DNA from: Actinomycetota bacterium
GTDB taxonomy: Bacteria > Actinomycetota > CADDZG01 > JAHWKV01 > JAOPZY01
Assembly (NCBI GenBank): GCA_025963875.1
Contig: JAOPZY010000119.1
Coordinates: 1-44,754 of the forward strand
DNA: 44,754 nucleotides
Reading direction: 5' to 3'
Shown here: in pieces, positions 35,411-44,754 of the stretch
How the letters are laid out: each line of letters starts with the position of its first letter
How positions within the stretch are numbered: position 1 is the stretch's first letter
Made by a program: the position numbers and the translations under genes
Notes under the pieces: model-generated
The model's input: only the letters and a program-made list of their open reading frames with translations
The model's database searches: none
Told to the model about the DNA's origin: nothing

Positions 35411-36112
35411 TCACACCTTCCTGTAGAGGATCGTGCGCTTCACTTCCTGAATCGCCTCGGTGACTTTGATCCCGCGGGGGCACGCTTCGGTGCAGTTGAA
35501 GGTGGTCCGGCACCGGAACGCCCCCTCCCGGGCGCTCAGGATCTCCAGCCGCTCCCGGTCCCCGGCGTCGCGGGAGTCGAAGATGAACCGGTGGGCGTTG
35601 ACGATGGCGGCCGGGCCGACGTAGGTGTCGTCACCCCAGAAGATGGGGCAGGACGTCGTACAGGCGGCGCAGAGGATGCACTTCGTCGTGTCGTCGTAGC
35701 GGGCACGCTCCTCGGGGGACTGCAGCCGCTCCCGGCCGCCGGGGTCGGTGTCGTCGGGGACCAGCCAGGGCTGGACCGCCCGGTAGCCCGCGAAGAAGGG
35801 CTCCATGTCGACGATGAGGTCCTTCTCGACCTTGAGGCCCCGGATGGGCTCGACGGTGACCGGCTGGTCCAATGTCTTGCAGAGCACCTTGCAGGCCAGC
35901 CGGTTCACCCCGTTGATGACCATGGCGTCCGAGCCGCAGACGCCGTGCCCGCACGACCGGCGCAGCGCCAGGGTGCCGTCGAGGTACCACTTCACGTAGT
36001 GGAGGGCGTCGAGGACCCGGCCGTTGTCCTCGACCTCGGCGACGTAGTTGCCCCAGACGGGCTTGTCCTGCGTTGCCGGGTCGAACCGCTGGATTTTGAG
36101 CTGGACCTTCAA
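35411..36112 (-). CDS. sdhB: Succinate dehydrogenase iron-sulfur subunit
   Basis: RRSCGHGVCGSD, CILCAACTTSCP, CRTTFNCTEACP. Confidence 0.96.
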   Translation of the reverse strand: MKVQLKIQRFDPATQDKPVWGNYVAEVEDNGRVLDALHYVKWYLDGTLALRRSCGHGVCGSDAMVINGVNRLACKVLCKTLDQPVTVEPIRGLKVEKDLIVDMEPFFAGYRAVQPWLVPDDTDPGGRERLQSPEERARYDDTTKCILCAACTTSCPIFWGDDTYVGPAAIVNAHRFIFDSRDAGDRERLEILSAREGAFRCRTTFNCTEACPRGIKVTEAIQEVKRTILYRKV

Positions 36113-36119
36113 GCGGCCC

Positions 36120-36749
36120 TCACACGAGCATCGCTTCGAAGGTGTCGAGCATGCCCCACCAGGCGTCGAGGGCCAGGGCCGCCGACTCCCGGGCCTGCTC
36201 GGAGTCGACCATGCCGGTGCGGATGCCCGCCGCGTGCTCGTGGTCCAGCGTCGAGTGGAGGTCGAAGAACTCGAGGGCCGCGGGGGACGTCACGCCGTAG
36301 AAGCGGCGCAGCCCGTCGGCCTTGGATGCCGCCACCGACGGGAACTGGGCCTCGTACGCGTAGAGGGCCGCCAGTGCCTCGTCGGGGCCCCGGTCGCACA
36401 GTGACTCGTACGTGTAGACGAGGTTGACCGTGCGCGGCAGCAGCGTCGCCTCCTGCACCTCCTGCCGGCTCACGCCGAGGGCCTCGGCGAAGCGCAGCCA
36501 CAGCTCGGGGTGCGTGACCGGGCCCCCCGCCTCGTCGGCGAGGTTGTTCTTCAACGACTCCAGGGCCGGTCCTTCGGGGAGGTGGGCCATTGCCTGCTCG
36601 AGGAACTTGGGCAGCGCCGACTCGTAGGCGTAGTACTGGACGGCGTAGCTGCGAAGCACCTCCGGGGTCACCTTGCCCTTCTGCCAGCGGCAGTAGAAGG
36701 GGTGCATCAGAAGGTGCTGCTCCTCGATCATCCGGTCAATTGCGCCCAC
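36120..36749 (-). CDS. CADD/CT610-like heme-oxygenase-fold dimetal protein (TenA/PqqC superfamily)
   Basis: HPFY..W..G, YA.QYY, NLADE, HPELW.RF, ALYAYE.Q, K..GL..FYG, FF..H...D..H. Confidence 0.85.
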   Translation of the reverse strand: MGAIDRMIEEQHLLMHPFYCRWQKGKVTPEVLRSYAVQYYAYESALPKFLEQAMAHLPEGPALESLKNNLADEAGGPVTHPELWLRFAEALGVSRQEVQEATLLPRTVNLVYTYESLCDRGPDEALAALYAYEAQFPSVAASKADGLRRFYGVTSPAALEFFDLHSTLDHEHAAGIRTGMVDSEQARESAALALDAWWGMLDTFEAMLV

Positions 36750-36792
36750 GCTTGACCCCTTTCTCCGGCGAGATCCGCACGAATCCTCGACT

Positions 36793-38544
<1,752 letters not shown>

Positions 38545-38546
38545 CG

Positions 38547-38957
38547 TCAGTGCGCCAGGGTTGCAGGGTCGAAGGTCACGATGACCAGGGTCCCGACGGA
38601 TAGGAACACGAAGGTGGCCACGTAGAGCGTCGCCTTCGCCAGCACCCGCCACCCGTCCCGGTGGACGTAGTCGTGGATGACGGTGCGGGTCCCGCTGGAG
38701 CCGTGGAGCAGCGCGAGGGCGAGCAGCAGCCAGTCGTAGCTCCGCCAGAAGATGCCGTGCCAGCGGGCGGCGACGAAGTCGAAGTTGACCCGCTCCACCC
38801 CGCCCCCGAAGACGTGCATGATCGCCAGGTGGCCAAGGACGAGGAACACCAGCAGGAGGCCGGAGATGCGCATGAAGAACCACGACCACACCTCCCAGCT
38901 CGAGGGCGAGATCCCCGAGGGAAAGTGGCGCTCGTAGACGTCCTGGACGGTCGCCAT
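38547..38957 (-). CDS. sdhD: Succinate dehydrogenase hydrophobic anchor
   Basis: W.FMRISG...LVLGHL, LA.LHG..G.R..I.DY. Confidence 0.9.
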   Translation of the reverse strand: MATVQDVYERHFPSGISPSSWEVWSWFFMRISGLLLVFLVLGHLAIMHVFGGGVERVNFDFVAARWHGIFWRSYDWLLLALALLHGSSGTRTVIHDYVHRDGWRVLAKATLYVATFVFLSVGTLVIVTFDPATLAH

Positions 38958-39346
38958 CAGAAGATCGGCTTCAGCATGATGAAGGCGGACGGGACGAACA
39001 TCACGAGGCTCACGACGTTGACGGCGACCGACAGCTGGCGCTCGTAGCGCACGCCCCGGTCCCAGAAGTCGACGAGGATGACCCGGAGCCCGTTCATCGA
39101 GTGGTAGATGACGGCGCCGATGAGCAGCACCTCCAGCGGCCGGAACCAGGCGGTCTTGTAGATGTTGACGAACGTGTCGTAGTGGTGCTTCCCGAAGCCG
39201 ATGAGGGAGGTGTCCAGGATGTGGAGGAAGAGGAACCCGAGCACCATCAGCCCCGTGCCGCGGTGGAGGATCCACGACCACATCCCGCCCCCACCCTTGT
39301 ACCGCGTCTTGTGGTAGGGCTCGGTCTTCCCGGCGGCGGGACTCAT
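38957..39346 (-). CDS. sdhC: Succinate dehydrogenase cytochrome b556 subunit
   Basis: YKG..GMWSWILHR.TG, FLHILDT, YH..NGLRVILVDFW. Confidence 0.92.
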   Translation of the reverse strand: MSPAAGKTEPYHKTRYKGGGGMWSWILHRGTGLMVLGFLFLHILDTSLIGFGKHHYDTFVNIYKTAWFRPLEVLLIGAVIYHSMNGLRVILVDFWDRGVRYERQLSVAVNVVSLVMFVPSAFIMLKPIF

Positions 39347-39369
39347 TACGGACGAATATACCGCGCCTC

Positions 39370-40773
39370 TCAGCCGGCGATTGAAACCGTGACCGTCGAC
39401 CAACCGGCTGTCGCGTCCGAGCCGAACTGGGTCTGCTGCTGGGAGTGGCTCGGGCCCAGGTCGATCGGGAACCGCAACCGGCCATCGGATCCGGCGCTGA
39501 CCGGCCTCGTCGTGACCCCGGTCCCGAGCACATACGTCGCGCCCGGGCGGTAGGCGGCGGCGGTGATCACGTCCAGCGTCCCGCTGCCGGTGGCGGTGAG
39601 GCCGCCGGAGGTGACGCCGGTCAGGTAGGCAAACTCCTTGACATCCCGGTGGGCCGTGAAGGTCCAGTCCCACGCACCGAACGACGGCTGGGCCGAGCGC
39701 ATTGCGAATTCCTGTGGCGTGCCCACCGGCTTGCCGAGGGTCGGTGCCAGCCAGGTGAGGAAGCGTGGCAGCTCGCGGATGAAGTAGGGGTAGGCGTGGG
39801 TCCCGGGTCCGTAGAAGTCGGTGGTGCGCGCGATGCCGGCCGCGCCGAGCGCGGCGTCGAAGGCCTGGTTCATGCTCCACACCTTCGTCTCCAGGTCGTC
39901 CGGGGTCGTCACGTAAGGCGGGTCGAGCGGGCCCGGCTGTCCGTTGCCGCTTGCCAGGAAGAGGCGGGTGCCGGCGAGGTTCGAGGCCAGATAGGTGGGG
40001 TCGTTGTCCTGCCAGACGACCTCCTGCGTGGCGCGGTCGCCCCAGGTGCAGTGGCCCGGCGGTCCGTAGCCCGGCAGGTAGGTCAGGTCCCAGATGAAGT
40101 TCACCGTGCTGGAGTAGGCCGGCAGGTCGGTGTAGATGGCGCCGGAGAACGTGCCCGCCGTGCCGAACAGGCCGGGGTGCGAGGCGGCATACTTCATTGC
40201 GCCTTCTCCTCCCGCGGACAACCCGGCAATGGAGCGACCTCCGGGGGCAGCGATCGTCGGGTAGTGCGCGTCGATCCACGGCACCAGCTCGCCGGTGTGG
40301 AACGACTCCCACGCCGGTGGCTGGCCGAGCTCGACGAGCTCGGAGCCGTACCAGTCGGAGTACGAGCCGTCGCGGCCGTCGTCCGGCATGACGACGATCA
40401 CCGGTGTGTCACCTACGATCCCCTCCACGCCGTTCGCCGGCCAGTCCTTGTAGGTGCCGAGCGCCCCGTGCAGCAGGTAGAGCACCGGGTACCGCGTGCC
40501 GGAGGAGGGGTCGTACCCCGTGGGGGTGAGCACGTCGACGTGGACGTCGCCCTGCATCGCCTGGGAGTGCAGCGTGATGTCCTGGAGGCGTGGATCGACG
40601 TTGACCCGGCCGGCCTCTGTGGCGCCCAGGAGGATCGGTGCCGACCGCGCGACGCAGCGCGGCCACGGCGCGGTGACGGCCTGCCAGGCGCCGTTCACCG
40701 TGCCGGTGACGGCCAGCAACGCTGCGGTGACGAGCAAGCTGACCGGTTGAAGGTCGAGGCCGCTGGATGGCAT
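39370..40773 (-). CDS. Secreted esterase (antigen 85/mycolyltransferase-like alpha/beta hydrolase) with C-terminal extension
   Basis: YPVLYLLHG, GSYSDW, WESFH..EL, GLSAGG, GTHAYPYF; hydrophobic N-terminus. Confidence 0.82.
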   Translation of the reverse strand: MPSSGLDLQPVSLLVTAALLAVTGTVNGAWQAVTAPWPRCVARSAPILLGATEAGRVNVDPRLQDITLHSQAMQGDVHVDVLTPTGYDPSSGTRYPVLYLLHGALGTYKDWPANGVEGIVGDTPVIVVMPDDGRDGSYSDWYGSELVELGQPPAWESFHTGELVPWIDAHYPTIAAPGGRSIAGLSAGGEGAMKYAASHPGLFGTAGTFSGAIYTDLPAYSSTVNFIWDLTYLPGYGPPGHCTWGDRATQEVVWQDNDPTYLASNLAGTRLFLASGNGQPGPLDPPYVTTPDDLETKVWSMNQAFDAALGAAGIARTTDFYGPGTHAYPYFIRELPRFLTWLAPTLGKPVGTPQEFAMRSAQPSFGAWDWTFTAHRDVKEFAYLTGVTSGGLTATGSGTLDVITAAAYRPGATYVLGTGVTTRPVSAGSDGRLRFPIDLGPSHSQQQTQFGSDATAGWSTVTVSIAG

Positions 40774-40837
40774 CCTGCCCCTCTCCGTCGGCCCGGGGGC
40801 ATGCAAGTTAACGAATCCGCTCAGGTAGTATCCGGCG

Positions 40838-41614
40838 GTGCTCCTCGACGGCCGCAAGCTCCTGATCACCGGCGTGCTCTCCCCGCAGAGCATCGCCTTC
40901 ACCGTGGCCCGCCTGGCCCAGGAGCAGGGGGCCGAGGTCCTGCTGACCGGGTTCGGGAAGGGGATGCAGCTCACCGAGATGAGCGCCCGCCGCCTTCCGA
41001 CGACCCCCGACATCCTGGAGATGGACGCCAACGACGAGGGCCAGATCGCCGCAGTGGCGGACGAGGTCGGCAAGCGCTTCGGCCACCTGGACGGCTTCCT
41101 GCACGCCATCGCCTACGCGCCGCAGGACTGCCTCGGCGGCAACTTCCTCAACACCCCCTGGGAGAGCGTCGCCACCGCGGTGCAGACGAGCGCCTACTCG
41201 CTGAAGGCGATCTCGGCGGCGCTGCGGCCCCACCTCGCCGGGGGCGGCTCCGTGGTGGGGCTCGACTTCGACGCCACCCTCGCCTGGCCGATCTACGACT
41301 GGATGGGGGTCGCCAAGGCCGCCCTCGAGTCCGTGAGCCGCTACCTGGCCCGGGACCTGGGCCCGGACGGCATCCGCGTCAACCTGGTCTCGGCCGGCCC
41401 GCTGCGGACGATGGCCGCCAAGGGGATCCCGGGCTTCGAGGTGCTCGCCGACGGTTGGGGCAAGCGGGCGCCGCTGGGCTGGGACGTGAAGGACCCGCTG
41501 CCGACCGCCCGGTGCGTCGCCTTCCTGCTCTCGGACTGGTCGAAGGGCATCACGGGCGAGATCGTCCACGTCGACGGGGGCTACCACGCCCTGGGGGCCG
41601 ACATCACCCAATAG
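40838..41614 (+). CDS. fabI: Enoyl-ACP reductase FabI/InhA
   Basis: ITGV....SIAF, GLDFD..AWP.YDWMGVAKAALES, AGP.RT.AAKGIPG, TGEI.HVDGG. Confidence 0.95.
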   Translation: MLLDGRKLLITGVLSPQSIAFTVARLAQEQGAEVLLTGFGKGMQLTEMSARRLPTTPDILEMDANDEGQIAAVADEVGKRFGHLDGFLHAIAYAPQDCLGGNFLNTPWESVATAVQTSAYSLKAISAALRPHLAGGGSVVGLDFDATLAWPIYDWMGVAKAALESVSRYLARDLGPDGIRVNLVSAGPLRTMAAKGIPGFEVLADGWGKRAPLGWDVKDPLPTARCVAFLLSDWSKGITGEIVHVDGGYHALGADITQ

Positions 41615-41731
41615 GCCACAGAATCACCCAATGTGCCCATATAGATGGGATCCCATCGAACCGACACTTAACGTAGGCACCCGGCAAAGCGGTTGCCACG
41701 GATTCCAGCCCGGGGGGATGCTGCCGGTCGC

Positions 41732-41760
41732 CGGGGAGGCGACGAGGAGTCGCCTCCCCG
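41732..41760. other. Perfect 12-bp GC-rich hairpin upstream of mcm
   Basis: CGGGGAGGCGAC-GAGGA-GTCGCCTCCCCG; no U-tract. Confidence 0.6.
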
Positions 41761-41800
41761 CCCGGCAAGTCTGCTCGGTACCGGCCCGTAGAATGGGTGG

Positions 41801-43387
41801 GTGACCCCCCAGGACCGGCGCTTCACCGACTCGGGGATTGAGATCGAGTCCACGTACGGCCCCGAGTCGCTCGAGGGCTGGGACCCGGCCACCGATCTCG
41901 GGCGGCCCGGCGAGTACCCCTTCACCCGCGGCGTGCACCCGCAGATGTATCGGGACCGCCTCTGGACCATGCGCCAGTACTCCGGTTTCGGCACCGCCGA
42001 GCAGACCAACGAGCGCTTCAAGTTCCTCCTGGAGCGTGGCCAGACCGGGCTCTCGGTGGCCTTCGACCTCCCCACCCAGATGGGCTACGACTCGGACCAC
42101 CCCCGGGCCGAGGGCGAGGTGGGGGGCACGGGCGTCGCCATCTCGACGGTCGAGGACATGGAGATCCTGCTCAAGGGCATCCCCCTCGACTTCGTCTCGA
42201 CGTCGATGACCATCAACGCCACCGCCCCCATCCTGCTGCTCGCCTACGAGCTCGTCGCCGAGCGCAACGGCGTGGCGGCGGACCGCATCCGGGGCACGGT
42301 CCAGAACGACATCCTGAAGGAGTACTCCGCCCGGGGCACGTACATCTTCCCGCCCCGGCCGAGCATGCGGCTGGTCACCGACCTCTTCGCCTATTGCCAG
42401 AAACAGATCCCCCGGTGGAACGTCATCTCGATCTCCGGCTACCACATGCGGGAGGCGGGGTGCACCGCGGTCCAGGAGGTGGCCTTCACCCTGGCCAACG
42501 CCATCGCCTACGTCTCGGCGGCCCTCGACGCCGGCGTGCCGCTCGACGCCCTCGCCCGGAGGATCTCCTTCTTCTTCGCCTGCCACATGAACTTCTTCGA
42601 GGAGATCGCAAAGTTCCGGGCGGCCCGCCGCATGTGGGCCCGGATCATGAAGGAGCGCTTCGGCGCCATGGAGGAGGCGTCCTGGCTCCGCTTCCACACC
42701 CAGACGGGCGGGGCGACGCTGACGGCCCAGCAGCCGGAGAACAACATCGTCCGCACCGCCTACGAGGCGCTCGCCGCCGTCCTCGGCGGCACCCAGTCGC
42801 TGCACACGAACTCCTTCGACGAGGCGCTCTCGCTCCCGACCGAGAAGGCAGCCAAGATCGCCCTCCGCACCCAGCAGGTGCTGGGATTCGAGACCGGCGT
42901 CGGCGACACGGTCGACCCTCTCGGCGGGTCCTGGTTTGTCGAGCGCCTCACCAATGAGATAGAAGGACAGGCCGAGGAGCTTCTCGGGCGGATCGATGCC
43001 ATGGGAGGGGCGGTGGCCGCGATCGAAGCTGGGTGGGTCAAGCGCCAGATCGAGGAGTCGGCATACCGCATGCAGCAGGAGATCGAGGACCAGAGGAAGG
43101 TCGTCGTCGGCGTCAACCGCTTCGCCGAGCCCAACGACCAGGCCCCCATCGCCCGCCCCGACCCCGGTGCCATGGCAAGCCACACCGCCCGCCTCGCCCG
43201 GGTGAAGGCCACCCGCCACCCCGACGCCGTCGCCGCCTCGCTCGACCGGGTCCGCACCGTGGCCAGCGGCTCCGGCAACCTCCTCTACCCCATCCGGGAG
43301 GCCCTCTCGGTCTCCGCCACCCTCGGCGAGATCTGTGACGTGCTACGGGAGGTCTTCGGCGTGTACCAGCCACGAGAGTCGTTCTGA
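41801..43387 (+). CDS. Methylmalonyl-CoA mutase, substrate-binding (large) subunit without B12-binding domain
   Basis: [55 protein letters not shown]; no DxHxxG. Confidence 0.93.
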   Translation: MTPQDRRFTDSGIEIESTYGPESLEGWDPATDLGRPGEYPFTRGVHPQMYRDRLWTMRQYSGFGTAEQTNERFKFLLERGQTGLSVAFDLPTQMGYDSDHPRAEGEVGGTGVAISTVEDMEILLKGIPLDFVSTSMTINATAPILLLAYELVAERNGVAADRIRGTVQNDILKEYSARGTYIFPPRPSMRLVTDLFAYCQKQIPRWNVISISGYHMREAGCTAVQEVAFTLANAIAYVSAALDAGVPLDALARRISFFFACHMNFFEEIAKFRAARRMWARIMKERFGAMEEASWLRFHTQTGGATLTAQQPENNIVRTAYEALAAVLGGTQSLHTNSFDEALSLPTEKAAKIALRTQQVLGFETGVGDTVDPLGGSWFVERLTNEIEGQAEELLGRIDAMGGAVAAIEAGWVKRQIEESAYRMQQEIEDQRKVVVGVNRFAEPNDQAPIARPDPGAMASHTARLARVKATRHPDAVAASLDRVRTVASGSGNLLYPIREALSVSATLGEICDVLREVFGVYQPRESF

Positions 43388-44064
43388 TGCGGATCGCGAT
43401 CGTCGGGGGGACGGGAGGGCTGGGCTACGGCCTGGCGGTGCGGTTGGCGGCCGCCGGTGAGGACGTCGTCATCGGGAGCCGCTCCGCGGAGCGTGCGCAG
43501 TCGGCGGCGGCCCGGGTGAAGGCAGCCCTCGGCGCCAGGCTGAAGGGCTCCGTCGCAGGCGGCGCCAACGCCGAGATCGTCAAGGACGCCAACATCGTCA
43601 TGGTCACCGTCCCGTTCCCCGGCCAGGCGGACACCTACAAGGCCATCAAGTCGAGCCTCGGCCCCAACACGACCGTGATCGACTGCACGGTCCCCCTCGC
43701 CAGCGAGGTCGGGGGGCGCCCGACCCGGATGCTCGGCGTGTGGGAAGGATCCGCCGCCCAGCAGGCCCGCTCGATCGTGGGCCGGGACGTGTCGCTTGCG
43801 TCGGGGTTCCACACGATCATGGCCGCCACCCTGGAGGCCATCGAACTGTCCTGCGACCAGGACATCCTCATCTGTGGCGATCCCGAGGCCCGCAAGGTGG
43901 CGGCCGAGGTGGTCGGGTTCCTACCCGGCGCCCGGTGCGTGGACTGCGGGGGCCTGGAGACGGCGAGGATCCTGGAGTCACTGACGGCCCTGCTGATCGG
44001 TATCAACGGCCGCTACAAGCTCCACCCCGGCGCTGGCCTGCGAGTGACCGGCCTGCCGCTGTAG
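43387..44064 (+). CDS. npdG: NADPH-dependent F420 reductase
   Basis: IVGGTGGLG.GLA.R.A.AG..V.IGSR...RA, EGSAA, LE.LT.LLI.IN.RYK. Confidence 0.9.
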   Translation: MRIAIVGGTGGLGYGLAVRLAAAGEDVVIGSRSAERAQSAAARVKAALGARLKGSVAGGANAEIVKDANIVMVTVPFPGQADTYKAIKSSLGPNTTVIDCTVPLASEVGGRPTRMLGVWEGSAAQQARSIVGRDVSLASGFHTIMAATLEAIELSCDQDILICGDPEARKVAAEVVGFLPGARCVDCGGLETARILESLTALLIGINGRYKLHPGAGLRVTGLPL

Positions 44065-44112
44065 AGGTTTCGTAACTTTTCGTCGTGTGACGACAAATTC
44101 TTACGAAACCTC
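44064..44112. repeat. 49-bp AT-rich double-stem palindrome
   Basis: GAGGTTTCGTAA-N25-TTACGAAACCTC (perfect 12-bp arms), inner GTCGT/ACGAC. Confidence 0.85.
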
Positions 44113-44157
44113 AGAAACTCCCGTCTGAATGTCGGTGCTCCGCGCCTTACTAGATGT

Positions 44158-44754
44158 GTGCAATCCACCTCTTCTCTTGCGCAGAAGCAGCATGGCCTGC
44201 TCACACGGGCACAGGCACTTGGCGAGGGCTTGTCGGATAGTGCCATCCGAGCCCGGCTGGATACAGGGATCTGGCAGCGAGTCCACCCGGGCGTCTACCG
44301 GGTGGCTGGCTCCCGGCGGACGCACGAGCAGGCGGTTCTGGCAGCTTGCCTCGCAGCCGGTGGCAAGGTACTCGCTTCCCACGGGACTGCGGCCCGGCTG
44401 CACGGCCTGCCGGCGGAAGATAGCCATACGCACATCACCGTGGTGGGGACCAAGGCTCCCGGGTGACGGGTGTGGAGGTCCACGTCGTGTCCGGGCTGCA
44501 AGGGCCCGACTGTGCGGTCAAGAACGGCATTCCCGTCACCACCGTGGCACGGACCATCATCGACCTGGCCCAGATCCTCTCGGTCGTCCGGCTCGAGGAG
44601 GTTCTGGATCATGCCCTCGCAGCACGCCTCGTGTCCCTGAACGTTCTCCAGCAGCGCCTGGAGAAGACCGGCACGCGGGGCCGTCGAGGGGCCGGCGTGC
44701 TGGCAGTCCTCATTGGCGTTCGGCTCGACGGGTCGCCACGACCCCGGCAGCGGG
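44158..44754 (+). pseudogene. AbiEi N-terminal domain gene (DUF559-associated type), frameshifted near 44460, truncated by the window edge
   Basis: QHGLLTRAQA...G.W.RVHPGVY, SH.TAA.LHGL up to TGA 44466; -1 frame continues GIPVTTVARTIIDLA..LD.AL..GRRG. Confidence 0.75.

Noticed and set aside
39445..41676. Long antisense or alternate-frame ORFs (e.g. 743 aa here, 709 aa at 32163, 577 aa at 31645)
   Set aside because: Arg/Gly/Pro-rich shadows of real genes, expected at high GC3
41660..41800. Cobalamin riboswitch before the mutase
   Set aside because: No B12-box or GCCACTG/GGGAAG core seen; the gene looks leaderless

Overview
High-GC window from an Actinomycetota chromosome, probably a deep-branching lineage. 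The placement is an inference: the typical actinobacterial fhaA-fhaB-pstP-rodA-pbpA-kinase-pknB / trpG / sortase E / crgA cluster sits here together with bactofilin, DUF4446, larBC, a split methylmalonyl-CoA mutase and npdG. Most genes are housekeeping: serS with three tRNA-Ser, tRNA-Arg(ACG) and tadA; tRNA-Leu(CAG); sdhCDAB; fabI; thiolase/SCP2; several hydrolases. Accessory material includes two MazEF-type modules flanking a DinB2-like polymerase, a VapBC module plus a PIN remnant next to tRNA-Leu, and a frameshifted AbiEi-N/DUF559-like gene at the right edge. Best leads: (1) a CADD/CT610-like dimetal protein inserted between sdhA and sdhB; (2) a family of AT-rich double-stem palindromes, two of them 49-bp copies with compensatory arm changes, one directly upstream of the AbiEi-like gene (possible REP/RAYT-like system); (3) a DinB with Ile at the steric gate; (4) a DUF4446-bactofilin-serS run; (5) apparent CTG/ATC starts, many leaderless mRNAs and near-leaderless tRNA promoters. 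All family assignments come from motif recognition by eye; no searches were run.
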